Shown here one piece after another: positions 1 to 9,541 of a stretch of 64,000 nt of DNA. The stretch spans positions 13,349 to 77,348 of the forward strand of contig CAYIFB010000004.1 of NCBI GenBank assembly GCA_964362665.1. Reading direction: 5' to 3'. Within the stretch, counting starts at the first letter, position 1; each line of letters starts with the position of its first letter. Source of the stretch: an uncultured Gammaproteobacteria bacterium. GTDB taxonomy: Bacteria > Patescibacteriota > Microgenomatia > 2-02-FULL-39-11. A program made the translations under genes and the position numbers. A model generated the notes under the pieces. It worked only from the letters and a program-made list of their open reading frames with translations. It ran no database searches and was not told where the DNA came from.

Positions 1-1808
1 TCGTTGCTCCCAATGAGCTTACCAAGGAAACGCCATTTATAAAAAACAATATTGCCGCCACCCGACACGCTTTTGGTTTGGATAAGATTGAAGAGCGGGA
101 AATTTCAGGGGATAAACCATTAACTGCAGCTGATATTACCAACAATAACCTTACGATCAAAAACGTCCGCCTTTGGGACAGGGCCCCACTTCTTTCCACA
201 TTCTCCCAAATACAGGAAATAAGAACGTATTACGAGTTTACCTCTGTTGATAACGACCGCTATACCATTGATGGAGAAATCCGCCAAATCATGCTTTCGC
301 TGCGAGAACTGGCATCAGAAAGTCTTCCCAATAGAAGCTGGATTAACGAAAAACTGACATTTACTCATGGATATGGTCTTGCAGCAGGACCGGTCAATCA
401 GGTGACTGCAGAAGGTTTACCGGTTCTTTTCGTTAAAGACCTACCGCCAAAATCCGACGTTAAAGAACTCACTGTCACCCGTCCGGAAATTTATTTCGGA
501 GAACTGTCAAATGATTACGTATATGTCAAAACTAAATCCAAGGAATTTGATTATCCCAAAGGAGAAGAAAATGTATTCACTACATATGAAGGTAAAGGAG
601 GTGTAGAGATTAATTCACCCATCAGACGCCTTTTTTATGCAATACGTCTTGGCTCGCTCAAGCTGCTTTTATCAAACGATATTACCAGTGACAGCAAGAT
701 ACTCTACTATCGCAACATCAAAGAAAGAGTTGCTAAAATTGCCCCATTTTTAACTCTTGATCAGGATCCTTATTCAGTCGTTGCTGACGGAAAGATTTAC
801 TGGATTATCGATGCCTATACGGGAAGTAGTCTTTATCCTTATTCACAGCCTTTACCGCTAAACGGCGATAGGGTGAACTACATCAGAAACTCGGTAAAAG
901 TAGTGGTTGACGCCTATGACGGAACAGTTACTTTTTACCAGGCGGATAAAGATGATCCGATTATCGAAACCTATGCCAAGATTTTTCCAAAAACTTTTCG
1001 TCCACTTAAAGATTTACCCGATAGTCTAGTTTCTCACTTACGCTATCCCGAAGATATTTTTACCCTGCAGACAGCCATCTATACTACCTACCATATGGAT
1101 GACCCGCAGATCTTTTACAACAAAGAAGACCAATGGGAAATACCGGCGGTTGCTTCCGAAGGAGAAAAAGACACTACCAGTAAAACCCCGGTAATGACTC
1201 CAAGGCACATGATCATGAAACTTCCGGGAGAAAAGAAAGAAGAGTATATCCTTATGCTTCCTTTTACCCCGCGTGCCAAAGACAACCTCTCTGCCTGGAT
1301 GGTAGCAAGGAATGATAAAGAATTTTACGGAAAACTTCTGGTTTACCGATTCCCTAAACAAAAACTTATCTTTGGTCCTAAACAGGTTATCGGTAGGATC
1401 AATCAGGACGCGGAGGTTAGTCGGGAAATTACGCTGTGGGATCAGCGGGGATCACAAGTCATTCAAGGATCCCTTCTGGCTATCCCCATTGAGGAATCGC
1501 TCCTCTATGTTCGCCCGCTCTACCTCAAGGCGGATGCAGGCAAAATCCCCGAACTCAAACGGGTAATTGTGGCCTATGAGAATAAAATTGCTATGGAAGA
1601 AACTCTTGAGGCTGGACTCGCCCGGATTTTTGGTACAAGCGCCGCAAAACAGGCAACTGCCGTTCCTACCCAAAATGTTCAAGAAATTATCAAACAGGCA
1701 AGTGAAACTTATGACGCCGCCACCCGCGCCCAAAGAGAGGGAGACTGGGGAAGATATGGGGAGGAGATAAAACGTTTGGGAGAAATATTAAATAAGCTGC
1801 GTCAATAG
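1..1808 (+). CDS. UPF0182 family membrane protein, C-terminal portion (5' end lies outside the window)
   Basis: The frame stays open from the window edge to the stop at 1808. The translation includes [14 protein letters not shown] and other blocks typical of the UPF0182/COG1615 family. Confidence 0.6.
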   Translation, partial: VAPNELTKETPFIKNNIAATRHAFGLDKIEEREISGDKPLTAADITNNNLTIKNVRLWDRAPLLSTFSQIQEIRTYYEFTSVDNDRYTIDGEIRQIMLSLRELASESLPNRSWINEKLTFTHGYGLAAGPVNQVTAEGLPVLFVKDLPPKSDVKELTVTRPEIYFGELSNDYVYVKTKSKEFDYPKGEENVFTTYEGKGGVEINSPIRRLFYAIRLGSLKLLLSNDITSDSKILYYRNIKERVAKIAPFLTLDQDPYSVVADGKIYWIIDAYTGSSLYPYSQPLPLNGDRVNYIRNSVKVVVDAYDGTVTFYQADKDDPIIETYAKIFPKTFRPLKDLPDSLVSHLRYPEDIFTLQTAIYTTYHMDDPQIFYNKEDQWEIPAVASEGEKDTTSKTPVMTPRHMIMKLPGEKKEEYILMLPFTPRAKDNLSAWMVARNDKEFYGKLLVYRFPKQKLIFGPKQVIGRINQDAEVSREITLWDQRGSQVIQGSLLAIPIEESLLYVRPLYLKADAGKIPELKRVIVAYENKIAMEETLEAGLARIFGTSAAKQATAVPTQNVQEIIKQASETYDAATRAQREGDWGRYGEEIKRLGEILNKLRQ

Positions 1809-1881
1809 TTTCTTGTCGTCGCTTTTTAATCACTATTGATGGTGACAGCTAAGTTAGCCGAATTTGGCCATCCTCTTATTG

Positions 1882-2451
1882 CTACTTAAGCCAGCCTGTT
1901 TGATTCAGAGTATAAAGCACACCAATTGTATAGACAACATTTCTTAGAAGTCTCCCTCCGAAACCGGCTAGGAAATAGTATCGGTAAGGAATTCCATAGT
2001 GTCCTCCTACATAGCCTGCGATCGTATATAAGAATCCAGGAAATGGCAGCACGGCCATTGTAAATATCGCGCGGAGACCATATCTTGTGATGTATTTTTC
2101 GACTATCTCGTGTGTTTTTGATTTATTTTCAAATCTTTCTGTTTGACGACCGAAGTACCAGGCGAAAAACTCATCAATTGTGGAACCAAATGCCCCGATC
2201 AAGATGAGGACAACGGGGTTAAGTTTGGTCACTATAAAGGGTAAGATATAAAGTCCGTAACCGAAATAGTTGGCCACAAAATAACCTAAGTATCCTATAC
2301 CCTTAACTGATTCCAGACTACGGTATACGAACAAGGGAATGATCATGATAGTCAGCGCTGCTGCTCCTGCTGACAAGCGAAGGATTTCCCTCTTGCTTCT
2401 GAAATTTGGTAACTTTATTCTCATAATTTTTTTTATAGTATTAATTTTCAA
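1882..2451 (-). CDS. DedA/TVP38 (VTT-domain) family membrane protein
   Basis: Polytopic membrane protein. It has the G-A-F-G-x-x-I-D-E-F-F-A-x-x-F-G block and a PFPG motif resembling the DedA/VTT signature. Confidence 0.45.
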   Translation of the reverse strand: MKINTIKKIMRIKLPNFRSKREILRLSAGAAALTIMIIPLFVYRSLESVKGIGYLGYFVANYFGYGLYILPFIVTKLNPVVLILIGAFGSTIDEFFAWYFGRQTERFENKSKTHEIVEKYITRYGLRAIFTMAVLPFPGFLYTIAGYVGGHYGIPYRYYFLAGFGGRLLRNVVYTIGVLYTLNQTGWLK

Positions 2452-2830
2452 ATATCTTGAAGATTTTTTCTAGAGTTTTAGTCTAACACATTTCATGTGG
2501 AAAAGGTTCAGTGTAAAGCGAAAACAAACTGATATACTACAAGAGCTATGATTGGTATTCGTTTGGATATCTTTCGGTGTAAACAAATTCGCAGAGCGAT
2601 CCATCACAATGAGTGGTGGTTTTCGGTTATTGATGTTGTTGAAGCATTGCTTCCGAAAGGATGAAGATGTTACTACTAGGTATAATCAGGAGAGTGCTAT
2701 TACCGCTCGTGCCTTTGGTCCTTTTTTATCTTCTGAAAAAAGGAGTGAAGAAAGATTCTAAAAAAAAATTCTCTCTATCAGATTTTGACAAAAGTAAAAT
2801 TGTAGAGGGGGAGATTGTTAAGGAGAAGAA

Positions 2831-2908
2831 ATGAAAACTGAGTCGAAGGGCAGAATTGAAGTAGGTCGTAGATTTCGAACGAAGTCGAAGGTGCTGAGCG
2901 AATTCTGA
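2831..2908 (+). CDS. Possible 25-aa basic small protein (MKTESKGRIEVGRRFRTKSKVLSEF)
   Basis: It is not in the ORF track because it is under 60 aa. AGGAG sits 5 nt upstream of the ATG. It lies inside a 525-bp non-coding gap and is GC-enriched relative to its surroundings. Confidence 0.2.
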   Translation: MKTESKGRIEVGRRFRTKSKVLSEF

Positions 2909-2976
2909 GCTTGTAGAAGACTGTAGTAAATTATCAATTTTGTACCTAAACGAGAACCATCCACTATTTTATAGAT

Positions 2977-3561
2977 TTAATTCATACCAATATACGATGA
3001 AATTCTTTTCGTCAGTTCGTCTCTCTGATTTTTTTGTTTTGAAGAATATGGTATGACTTCTGAATTTTGGCATACCTCTCTTATTTTCAAAAGTTGTTTT
3101 TCTTTTTGACCCATCTCTAGATTGTCCACTTTATTTGCCACAATAATATGATTTATATGGTGTTCAAATAAAGTTTTTAGCATATCAGCGTCGTAGCGGG
3201 TAAGACCCACTTTTGCATCGATAATAAGTATTACAAGCCTATTTGTTATCTCTGAATACATCAGATACCACAATATCATTTTCGCAAGTTTCTCCCTTTT
3301 TTCAGATGAATGTTTTGCATATCCGTACCCGGGAAAATCGACAAAATAAAAGGAGTTATTGATAAGGAAAAAATCCAAGCGGATTGTTCTACCGGGGTTG
3401 GAGCTTGAGCGGGCAAGATTTTTCCTCTTTGTCAGTGAATTTATGAGAGTTGATTTACCGACATTTGACCTGCCCAGAAATGCCACCTGAAAAATTCCGT
3501 TGTTTAAGATTTCATCAGTGCCTAGTATTCCTTTGACGAAAGCCGCTGATTTTATTTTCAT
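2977..3561 (-). CDS. engB: Ribosome biogenesis GTP-binding protein YihA/YsxC (EngB)
   Basis: G1 motif GRSNVGKSTLIN and G3 motif DFPGYGYAK; the length and layout are typical of EngB. Confidence 0.85.
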   Translation of the reverse strand: MKIKSAAFVKGILGTDEILNNGIFQVAFLGRSNVGKSTLINSLTKRKNLARSSSNPGRTIRLDFFLINNSFYFVDFPGYGYAKHSSEKREKLAKMILWYLMYSEITNRLVILIIDAKVGLTRYDADMLKTLFEHHINHIIVANKVDNLEMGQKEKQLLKIREVCQNSEVIPYSSKQKNQRDELTKRISSYIGMN

Positions 3562-4742
3562 TTATTAACTTCTAAAATTGTAGACATCATCATACTTGCC
3601 TTACCTATCTCGTATAATATTTTTTGTTTCTTATCCCCTGTTAAAAAATATGGTTGACCGTAATTTTCGATTTGCAGAGGAAAAAATTCTGCATCTATTA
3701 ATTTATCATCATAGAATGTATATTTACCGATTACCCCCTGCTTAGTCTTTATACTCCATTCCTGGTCAAAGACAAAATTGCCGTGGGAGTATGTAATAAG
3801 CTTATCTTTATAGATCTCCACCGGCTGTATCCAATGAGGATGATTGCCGATAACTAAATCAGCTCCGGCATTAACAGCCAAATGTCCCAGATATTTCTGC
3901 CTCTCATCAGGCTGATCTTTATATTCAGCTCCCCAATGAAAGGTTACTATTACTATTTTTGCCTGCATCTCCGCCTCTCTAATGTCATTTTTTATCTTTC
4001 CTTCATCAACATCCGAAATGCCCGGTTGGTTTTTAGAAATATCGTTAAATCCAAGGAAAGCAAATCTTATTCCTCTTATGTCTTTAATAACCAAATTGGA
4101 TAAAGCTGTGCCTGTTGTTTCAATTCCGGCATATTTTAAGTGGTCAATAGTCTCTTTTACTCCTTCTTCGCCATAATTACCTGCATGATTATTGGCTAAA
4201 GAAACTACATCAATACCTGCAAACATTAATCCTTCAATATTCCTATAATCACCGCAAAAAATCATCCCCTCATTTGTCATAGGACAGTTTTTTATTTCGG
4301 GAGACTCAAGGTTAGCAAATGTGATATCAGAAGCGTTGGTTAATTGATACGTCTTAAGATACGGCCAATTGAAATCTTTATGTCGTAGAATTTCAAAATT
4401 TACCGTTCTTGCCGGAATAATATCTCCTGTGGTAATCACGGTTCTTATTCTTCCGGCAGAAAGTGTGGCTACCCATTTATGGTCACTGTTAAAGATCTGA
4501 TTTATGGAAGGTGTTTTAGGCTGAAATACAGATTCTGCTTGAACATCATCCTCTTGAAATTTTTCATCTTCAATCCTGATCGGGTTCAGCATTACCGGCG
4601 GTTTTTGATAAATCAAAAAAAAGACTAGAGGAATAGAGAATATAAATACTATTAGAAGTATTTTCCAGATTATTATTAAAGTATGTGGATGATTTTCAAA
4701 TAACCTCATTTTTGATTGTTTATTTAAGGGGACGGCTCTCAA
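3558..4742 (-). CDS. CapA/PGA_cap family metallophosphoesterase-like protein with N-terminal membrane anchor
   Basis: GNHPHWIQP, HWGAEY and the NFVFDQ-type blocks of the poly-gamma-glutamate CapA family. It overlaps engB by 4 bp, so the two form an operon. Confidence 0.7.
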   Translation of the reverse strand: MRAVPLNKQSKMRLFENHPHTLIIIWKILLIVFIFSIPLVFFLIYQKPPVMLNPIRIEDEKFQEDDVQAESVFQPKTPSINQIFNSDHKWVATLSAGRIRTVITTGDIIPARTVNFEILRHKDFNWPYLKTYQLTNASDITFANLESPEIKNCPMTNEGMIFCGDYRNIEGLMFAGIDVVSLANNHAGNYGEEGVKETIDHLKYAGIETTGTALSNLVIKDIRGIRFAFLGFNDISKNQPGISDVDEGKIKNDIREAEMQAKIVIVTFHWGAEYKDQPDERQKYLGHLAVNAGADLVIGNHPHWIQPVEIYKDKLITYSHGNFVFDQEWSIKTKQGVIGKYTFYDDKLIDAEFFPLQIENYGQPYFLTGDKKQKILYEIGKASMMMSTILEVNK

Positions 4743-4763
4743 ATAGCCTTAGGATTGATAAAA

Positions 4764-5159
4764 TTATTTCCTAGCCAGTACTTCCTGAAATCTTTTAAAG
4801 TTCTTATTCCAGTCCATATACTCCATTCCAATTCCATGACTTACTCCGTATTGCTGTATTTCTTTATATTTTTCAGAATTCCATATTCCTTCATTTGGTA
4901 ATTCAAATATTTTATCTTTGAAAATAGCGTAAACTTTTTTATCGTTCCAAAATAGCAGATACCATTCCGGTAGAGTTTCACAGGTGAATTTTTTTGCCTC
5001 CTGCAAAACTTCGTTATCTTGGAATTTCAAATAATATGCGTGTACATACGGGTGATTTTGAGAAGTAGGTACAAATTCGATATCAACCTTAATGGCTTTA
5101 TAGTTATTAAGGACAAGAGGATTTCGAAGTGACTCTGACTCAATATAACCGTAATACAT
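4764..5159 (-). CDS. Hypothetical protein (131 aa)
   Basis: ORF only. It is co-oriented with, and immediately downstream of, the divergent ATPase. Confidence 0.4.
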   Translation of the reverse strand: MYYGYIESESLRNPLVLNNYKAIKVDIEFVPTSQNHPYVHAYYLKFQDNEVLQEAKKFTCETLPEWYLLFWNDKKVYAIFKDKIFELPNEGIWNSEKYKEIQQYGVSHGIGMEYMDWNKNFKRFQEVLARK

Positions 5160-5279
5160 ATATTTCTGGTCTGATTTTAATTTATCGATTATAAAATATC
5201 AACAAAAATATTGAAGGGCGATTAGGGATGATTCAAACAGAATGGAGATAAGGTTTTGATTGATTTGAAAAATTGTAAC

Positions 5280-6527
5280 TTATTTCATCCGCTTTTGGAT
5301 ATCCTCTTCAACGTCTTTCAGATTTACTCCATATTTTTGTTGCGATTGTCTTTTTATCTCGTCATTATTTGATATTTTAGAATCTAAAGCTGGATATTCT
5401 TTTTTAAAATCTACCGGTTTCTCTTTGACTACCACATCTCCGTCCTTTAATGATTTAATATATGCATTATATTTATTAAGTAAACATAATTTATCAACTG
5501 ATATCTTCTGATTATGATATTCCGGAGCTATAATTTCCGCGTCTGAAGTAGCCAATCTGAAAGAAATTACCGAACCGATTCTGAGTAATGATCTCTTAAG
5601 CTGAATGTTCGCCTCAGATATTTTATTAGAAGTTAATACCAAATTCACTCCATATCTTCTATTTTCTGTCAGCATTTCGGTAATAAATGTTGCTGGCCAG
5701 GAAACTGCTTCATCAATATAGAGATTTATCGGAGTATTTACACTATGACTTTTTAATTCGTTTATTAATTTATACAAAAGTATGGAGGTAACTACTTTAT
5801 TTGCATCATTATATTTTCTTAAGTTTCCGAAGTTGAAAAGTATTATTCTGTTTTCAGAAATAAGTGAAGGGAAATTTATTGAAGACTTTGATTGACATAA
5901 AATTGACCGCATCATTTTATCAGTTACAAAAATACTGAGTTTCGAAACAATGTAATCCAGTATTTCTGATTTATGAAAGTCAGATGTCTGGGCGACCTGT
6001 TTATTCCAGTAATTTTGTATAACCGGATCTTGAACCTTCGGAAGTATTTTTTTTACATATTCTGTATCAGTCAGACAGCGAAGAAGTTCAATAAAAGAAG
6101 ACTGCTCATCGTACATGATCGTGGAAACGGCATTTCTGACCGCATGTTCAAATCTTGGTCCAATCACCCCTGTTCTATTCGGATCATACAAATCATACAT
6201 TAAATTTATTAAGAAACTGCTTATATCTTCTCTTTTTCCTTCTTCTTTTTCTTCAAATAAATTCAAACCGACAGGATAATCTTTGTTTCCAAGATCAATA
6301 TAAGCTATTTTTTGTTGTTCTTCTTGTGTAGAAGTTGAGAGTATCTCTTCAATTAGATCTCCATATTGATCAAATAAGATAATCGGTCTTGAAGCTATAA
6401 CATCCTGATTTATCAGATCGAGTAAATATTTCGATATTCCGACACCGGGACTTCCTGTAATGAGAATATTTCGGGTTCTATCCATGTCTGATAAAATTAT
6501 TTCAGAAGATAAAGTAAGATTATTCAT
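5280..6527 (-). CDS. Divergent P-loop NTPase, HerA/FtsK/VirB4-like (DUF87/AAA_10-like)
   Basis: Degenerate Walker A (ITGSPGVGISK), Walker B-like LYIDEAVSW, and a following RRYGVNLVLTSNKIS block resembling the HerA/VirB4 'GRKYG...TQRP' region. The Q/R residues are replaced by S/N. Confidence 0.4.
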   Translation of the reverse strand: MNNLTLSSEIILSDMDRTRNILITGSPGVGISKYLLDLINQDVIASRPIILFDQYGDLIEEILSTSTQEEQQKIAYIDLGNKDYPVGLNLFEEKEEGKREDISSFLINLMYDLYDPNRTGVIGPRFEHAVRNAVSTIMYDEQSSFIELLRCLTDTEYVKKILPKVQDPVIQNYWNKQVAQTSDFHKSEILDYIVSKLSIFVTDKMMRSILCQSKSSINFPSLISENRIILFNFGNLRKYNDANKVVTSILLYKLINELKSHSVNTPINLYIDEAVSWPATFITEMLTENRRYGVNLVLTSNKISEANIQLKRSLLRIGSVISFRLATSDAEIIAPEYHNQKISVDKLCLLNKYNAYIKSLKDGDVVVKEKPVDFKKEYPALDSKISNNDEIKRQSQQKYGVNLKDVEEDIQKRMK

Positions 6528-6644
6528 ATATTTATATCTTAATCGAATGTTCCTTTTAATTCAAATTATACTTTATGAATTAGAAAATTGTGAATATTAT
6601 TGAGGAAAATCTAATAGAGTATAAGTTCTCAACCGATGGGAATT

Positions 6645-7799
6645 TTATCTGAAAATTCGCGGGTTTATTTTTATTATCTTATCATCCCCTTCTTTCACCT
6701 GTCCCCGTCCGTCTCTGTTGCTGGTAGAAAGGTATATGAATCCGTCAGTTCCCAAAACGACAGCGCGTATCCTGCCGAATCTTTGCTTAAAGTGAGTGAT
6801 TAAATTAAGCTTATTTTCTTTGGTAATTTTTGCTTCATAAAGAGCTTCTCCCCGAAGACCTGAAAAAAATAAGCTGCCATTCCAATATATCATCCCTGAA
6901 GGTGCCCAGGTGTCTTCTGATCCTGATTGAATAACTGGAGAAACAAAACCTTCTTTTGTTTGATTACCGCGAACTTCCGGCCAGCCGTAGTTTGCTCCTT
7001 TGGTAATTATATTAATTTCATCATACCCTGTTTGGATTCCCGATGGCCCATGTTCTGTTTCCCAAAGAGTTCCGTCTTTGTCCCAGGCAAGTCCTTGAGG
7101 ATTTCTATGCCCCCAAGAATAAACTGCATTTCCGAAAGGATTATCCGATGGAATATTTCCATCGTCTTTAATCCTTAATATTTTTCCATTAAGAGAGTTT
7201 TTATCCTGCGCAAGATGAGAATTTTCTGCGTCTCCCGTCGTAATGTACAGATATCCGTCAGCTCCGAAGGCTATTCTTCCACCATCGTGATTTGATGAGC
7301 CTTTAATCCCTTGTAAAATAGCTTTTCTTTCACTTAAGGTGTCATTTAAAAATTTATATCTCTCAACCCTGTTAAATATTCCACTCGCATCTTGAGATGT
7401 AGAGTAAAGATAAATATAATTATTTAGAGAAAAATTCGGATGAAGGACAAGACCCAGAAGACCCCCTTCACCTATATGTTTTACTCCTTCAATTTCTTTT
7501 ACTACTTGAGTTTCAGATCCAATTATCAGAAGTTTTCCGGACCTTTCGGTCACCAGCATATCGCCAGTAGGTAAAAATGCAATTTCCCAGGGAATGTCCA
7601 GATTTTGGGCAACAATCTTAATATCTTCGGCGTTTGACGGGGTGGTTTTTAAATTTACCTCATCCTGAATGATTTTCTGTCTTGGAGCAAAGAAATAATA
7701 TCTTAACTTTGCTCGAAAATGAAAAATAAAAAGAACAAAAATGATTATAGAGATTAATAAATAATAAAATTTATTCTTGTATAACTCATTTATCTTCAT
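6645..7799 (-). CDS. PQQ-dependent sugar (glucose/sorbosone) dehydrogenase family protein, membrane-anchored
   Basis: Beta-propeller sugar-dehydrogenase blocks NHDGGRIAFG, GHRNPQGLAWD and ANYGWP, plus an N-terminal TM segment. Confidence 0.75.
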   Translation of the reverse strand: MKINELYKNKFYYLLISIIIFVLFIFHFRAKLRYYFFAPRQKIIQDEVNLKTTPSNAEDIKIVAQNLDIPWEIAFLPTGDMLVTERSGKLLIIGSETQVVKEIEGVKHIGEGGLLGLVLHPNFSLNNYIYLYSTSQDASGIFNRVERYKFLNDTLSERKAILQGIKGSSNHDGGRIAFGADGYLYITTGDAENSHLAQDKNSLNGKILRIKDDGNIPSDNPFGNAVYSWGHRNPQGLAWDKDGTLWETEHGPSGIQTGYDEINIITKGANYGWPEVRGNQTKEGFVSPVIQSGSEDTWAPSGMIYWNGSLFFSGLRGEALYEAKITKENKLNLITHFKQRFGRIRAVVLGTDGFIYLSTSNRDGRGQVKEGDDKIIKINPRIFR

Positions 7800-7885
7800 A
7801 TTACATCAAAATTGTTTTAGGCCGCATCCGATAATAACTTGATTGTATCGGTGTTGCACAAAGAGCCGTAATCATCAATGACCCT

Positions 7886-9541
7886 TCAGGTTATTGATGA
7901 ACGGGCTCTTAGAGTTTTTTTAACTGTCATGATTTTGAAGAGAATAAAAATAACCGTAAATATTGATATCAAATTTGATATTGTCACAATAAGCGGATCC
8001 TTATAATACATTATAATTTCATGTCTGCCCTGCTCAAGCGTTATATGCGTTCCATTTATGATATCCACGGGTTGTATTCTTCTGTCATCAATCGTAATAT
8101 TCCATCCGGGAAAATATGCACGATGAATTTTTACGATACTTGCCGTATTCACCGTAATAAGAGCATAACTTACCAAATCCTGTCTTTCCTGTTTTAATAT
8201 ATTCCCATTCCCCTTTATCAATATAAATTCGTTCTTGTCACCTTTTCTGTTCTCTGCTTCAAGCAAATTTATATTCATATAATGTGGTGTCCTTTCACCA
8301 TCAACATCAAGACTTCCTTGATAATTTGGCAGAAAGGCAAGGTTTATATCTTTATTCAAAACACCCAGATGATTCCTATTTGCCACTATTACTCCTATTA
8401 CCATAAAAATACCCAAAATTATTCGTCGGGATGAATTTTTCATATTGCTTAATATTATTGCCGCGATTATCCCACTTACGATCATTGGTATATAAAGTAA
8501 CCGGAAAGGAAATTGGAGATTAGCTATAAAAGGAATGTTCAGCCAAAACCATTTTGAGACAGGAAGCATTAAAAAAACTGAAATCCAAAAAACTGACAGC
8601 CAGAATAATAACTGATAAAATATTCGTTTTTTACGTAGATAATATATCAAGAGTAAGTTTCCTAAGATAAATAAAAATATATTCATAAGACCTATTTCAT
8701 AAGACATAATCAGCTTAATACCGCTAATATATCCTCCTTCCCATGCAGAGCGTATCAATGCAATTGCAGGCGGGAAAAATAGAGTCGATATACTTTTTTG
8801 GTAATTTGCGAGTAAACGCTCAAAGTTAAGCGCTGGAAGCCAAAAAAAGGCGGAAAGTAAAAGTCCGGTTATTATAATTTTACATCTGGCCTTAAAAATA
8901 CGGAGTTTTTTATCTTTTATAAATTTTAATCCAATGAAAAAACAAATTATTATAAATGTAAAAAACGCCAAACCTTGGTGAGAGTATATTAAAAGAGACA
9001 AAGAGACAGATCCCATGATGAATATCCATGGATCCAGTGGTGATTCAAAAGAATAAAATACAAAAGGTATAAAAGCAAAAGCAAAAATTTCGCCGAGTGC
9101 CCCTCGGATAAACGTATCTAAAAACCTGTAGGGAGTCCATAAAAAGATAGTCGCAGCAACAAATGCTATAAATTTATCATGCCAACTTTTCTTCACCCAT
9201 AAATACATACCGAAGAACGAAACTATATTGGGCAAAATAAGAAGAATTTTAAATACCCCCTCATACGATGCACCTAAGATTTTGATAATTGCCCCGGTAT
9301 AATATGGTACTCCCCAATATACGGAAAAAAGAGGAGATCCATATCCATATAAGACGTTTGGCAACCAGCGGGGTAAAATTACTGCGTGCTTTATAGACTC
9401 AACAAGTATAAATATTCTTTCTATGTGCAATAGAAAATCATGACCGTCAACAAAGCGTACAAAAAATATACGGTAAAAAGGAATAATAGACCACAACAGT
9501 AATAGAAGACCGGGAAAAACTGATCTGATATTATGCCTCAT
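7886..9541 (-). CDS. Polytopic integral membrane protein, possibly GT-C/YfhO-like glycosyltransferase
   Basis: More than 10 predicted TM helices followed by a C-terminal soluble domain. It overlaps the GT39-like gene by 1 nt. Confidence 0.35.
   Translation of the reverse strand: MRHNIRSVFPGLLLLLWSIIPFYRIFFVRFVDGHDFLLHIERIFILVESIKHAVILPRWLPNVLYGYGSPLFSVYWGVPYYTGAIIKILGASYEGVFKILLILPNIVSFFGMYLWVKKSWHDKFIAFVAATIFLWTPYRFLDTFIRGALGEIFAFAFIPFVFYSFESPLDPWIFIMGSVSLSLLIYSHQGLAFFTFIIICFFIGLKFIKDKKLRIFKARCKIIITGLLLSAFFWLPALNFERLLANYQKSISTLFFPPAIALIRSAWEGGYISGIKLIMSYEIGLMNIFLFILGNLLLIYYLRKKRIFYQLLFWLSVFWISVFLMLPVSKWFWLNIPFIANLQFPFRLLYIPMIVSGIIAAIILSNMKNSSRRIILGIFMVIGVIVANRNHLGVLNKDINLAFLPNYQGSLDVDGERTPHYMNINLLEAENRKGDKNEFILIKGNGNILKQERQDLVSYALITVNTASIVKIHRAYFPGWNITIDDRRIQPVDIINGTHITLEQGRHEIIMYYKDPLIVTISNLISIFTVIFILFKIMTVKKTLRARSSIT

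Noticed and set aside
1038-1770. Four short ORFs (1038-1361 -, 1312-1566 +, 1452-1733 -, 1567-1770 +) inside or antisense to the UPF0182 gene
   Set aside because: They are entirely embedded in a well-supported long ORF, and are low-complexity or alternative-frame translations with no motifs. I treat them as spurious.
2552-2761. 69-aa ORF in the 525-bp non-coding region
   Set aside because: It has no ribosome-binding site, an odd composition and no motifs. It more likely marks non-coding or structured RNA than a protein.
2452-2976. RNase P RNA, tmRNA or SRP RNA in the long non-coding gap
   Set aside because: The conserved cores were not found on either strand by eye: GGAAAGUCCGGGCUCC (P4), GGGGCUGAUUCUGGAUUCGACGGG/UCCACCA, and AGGUCCGGAAGGAAGCAGCC.
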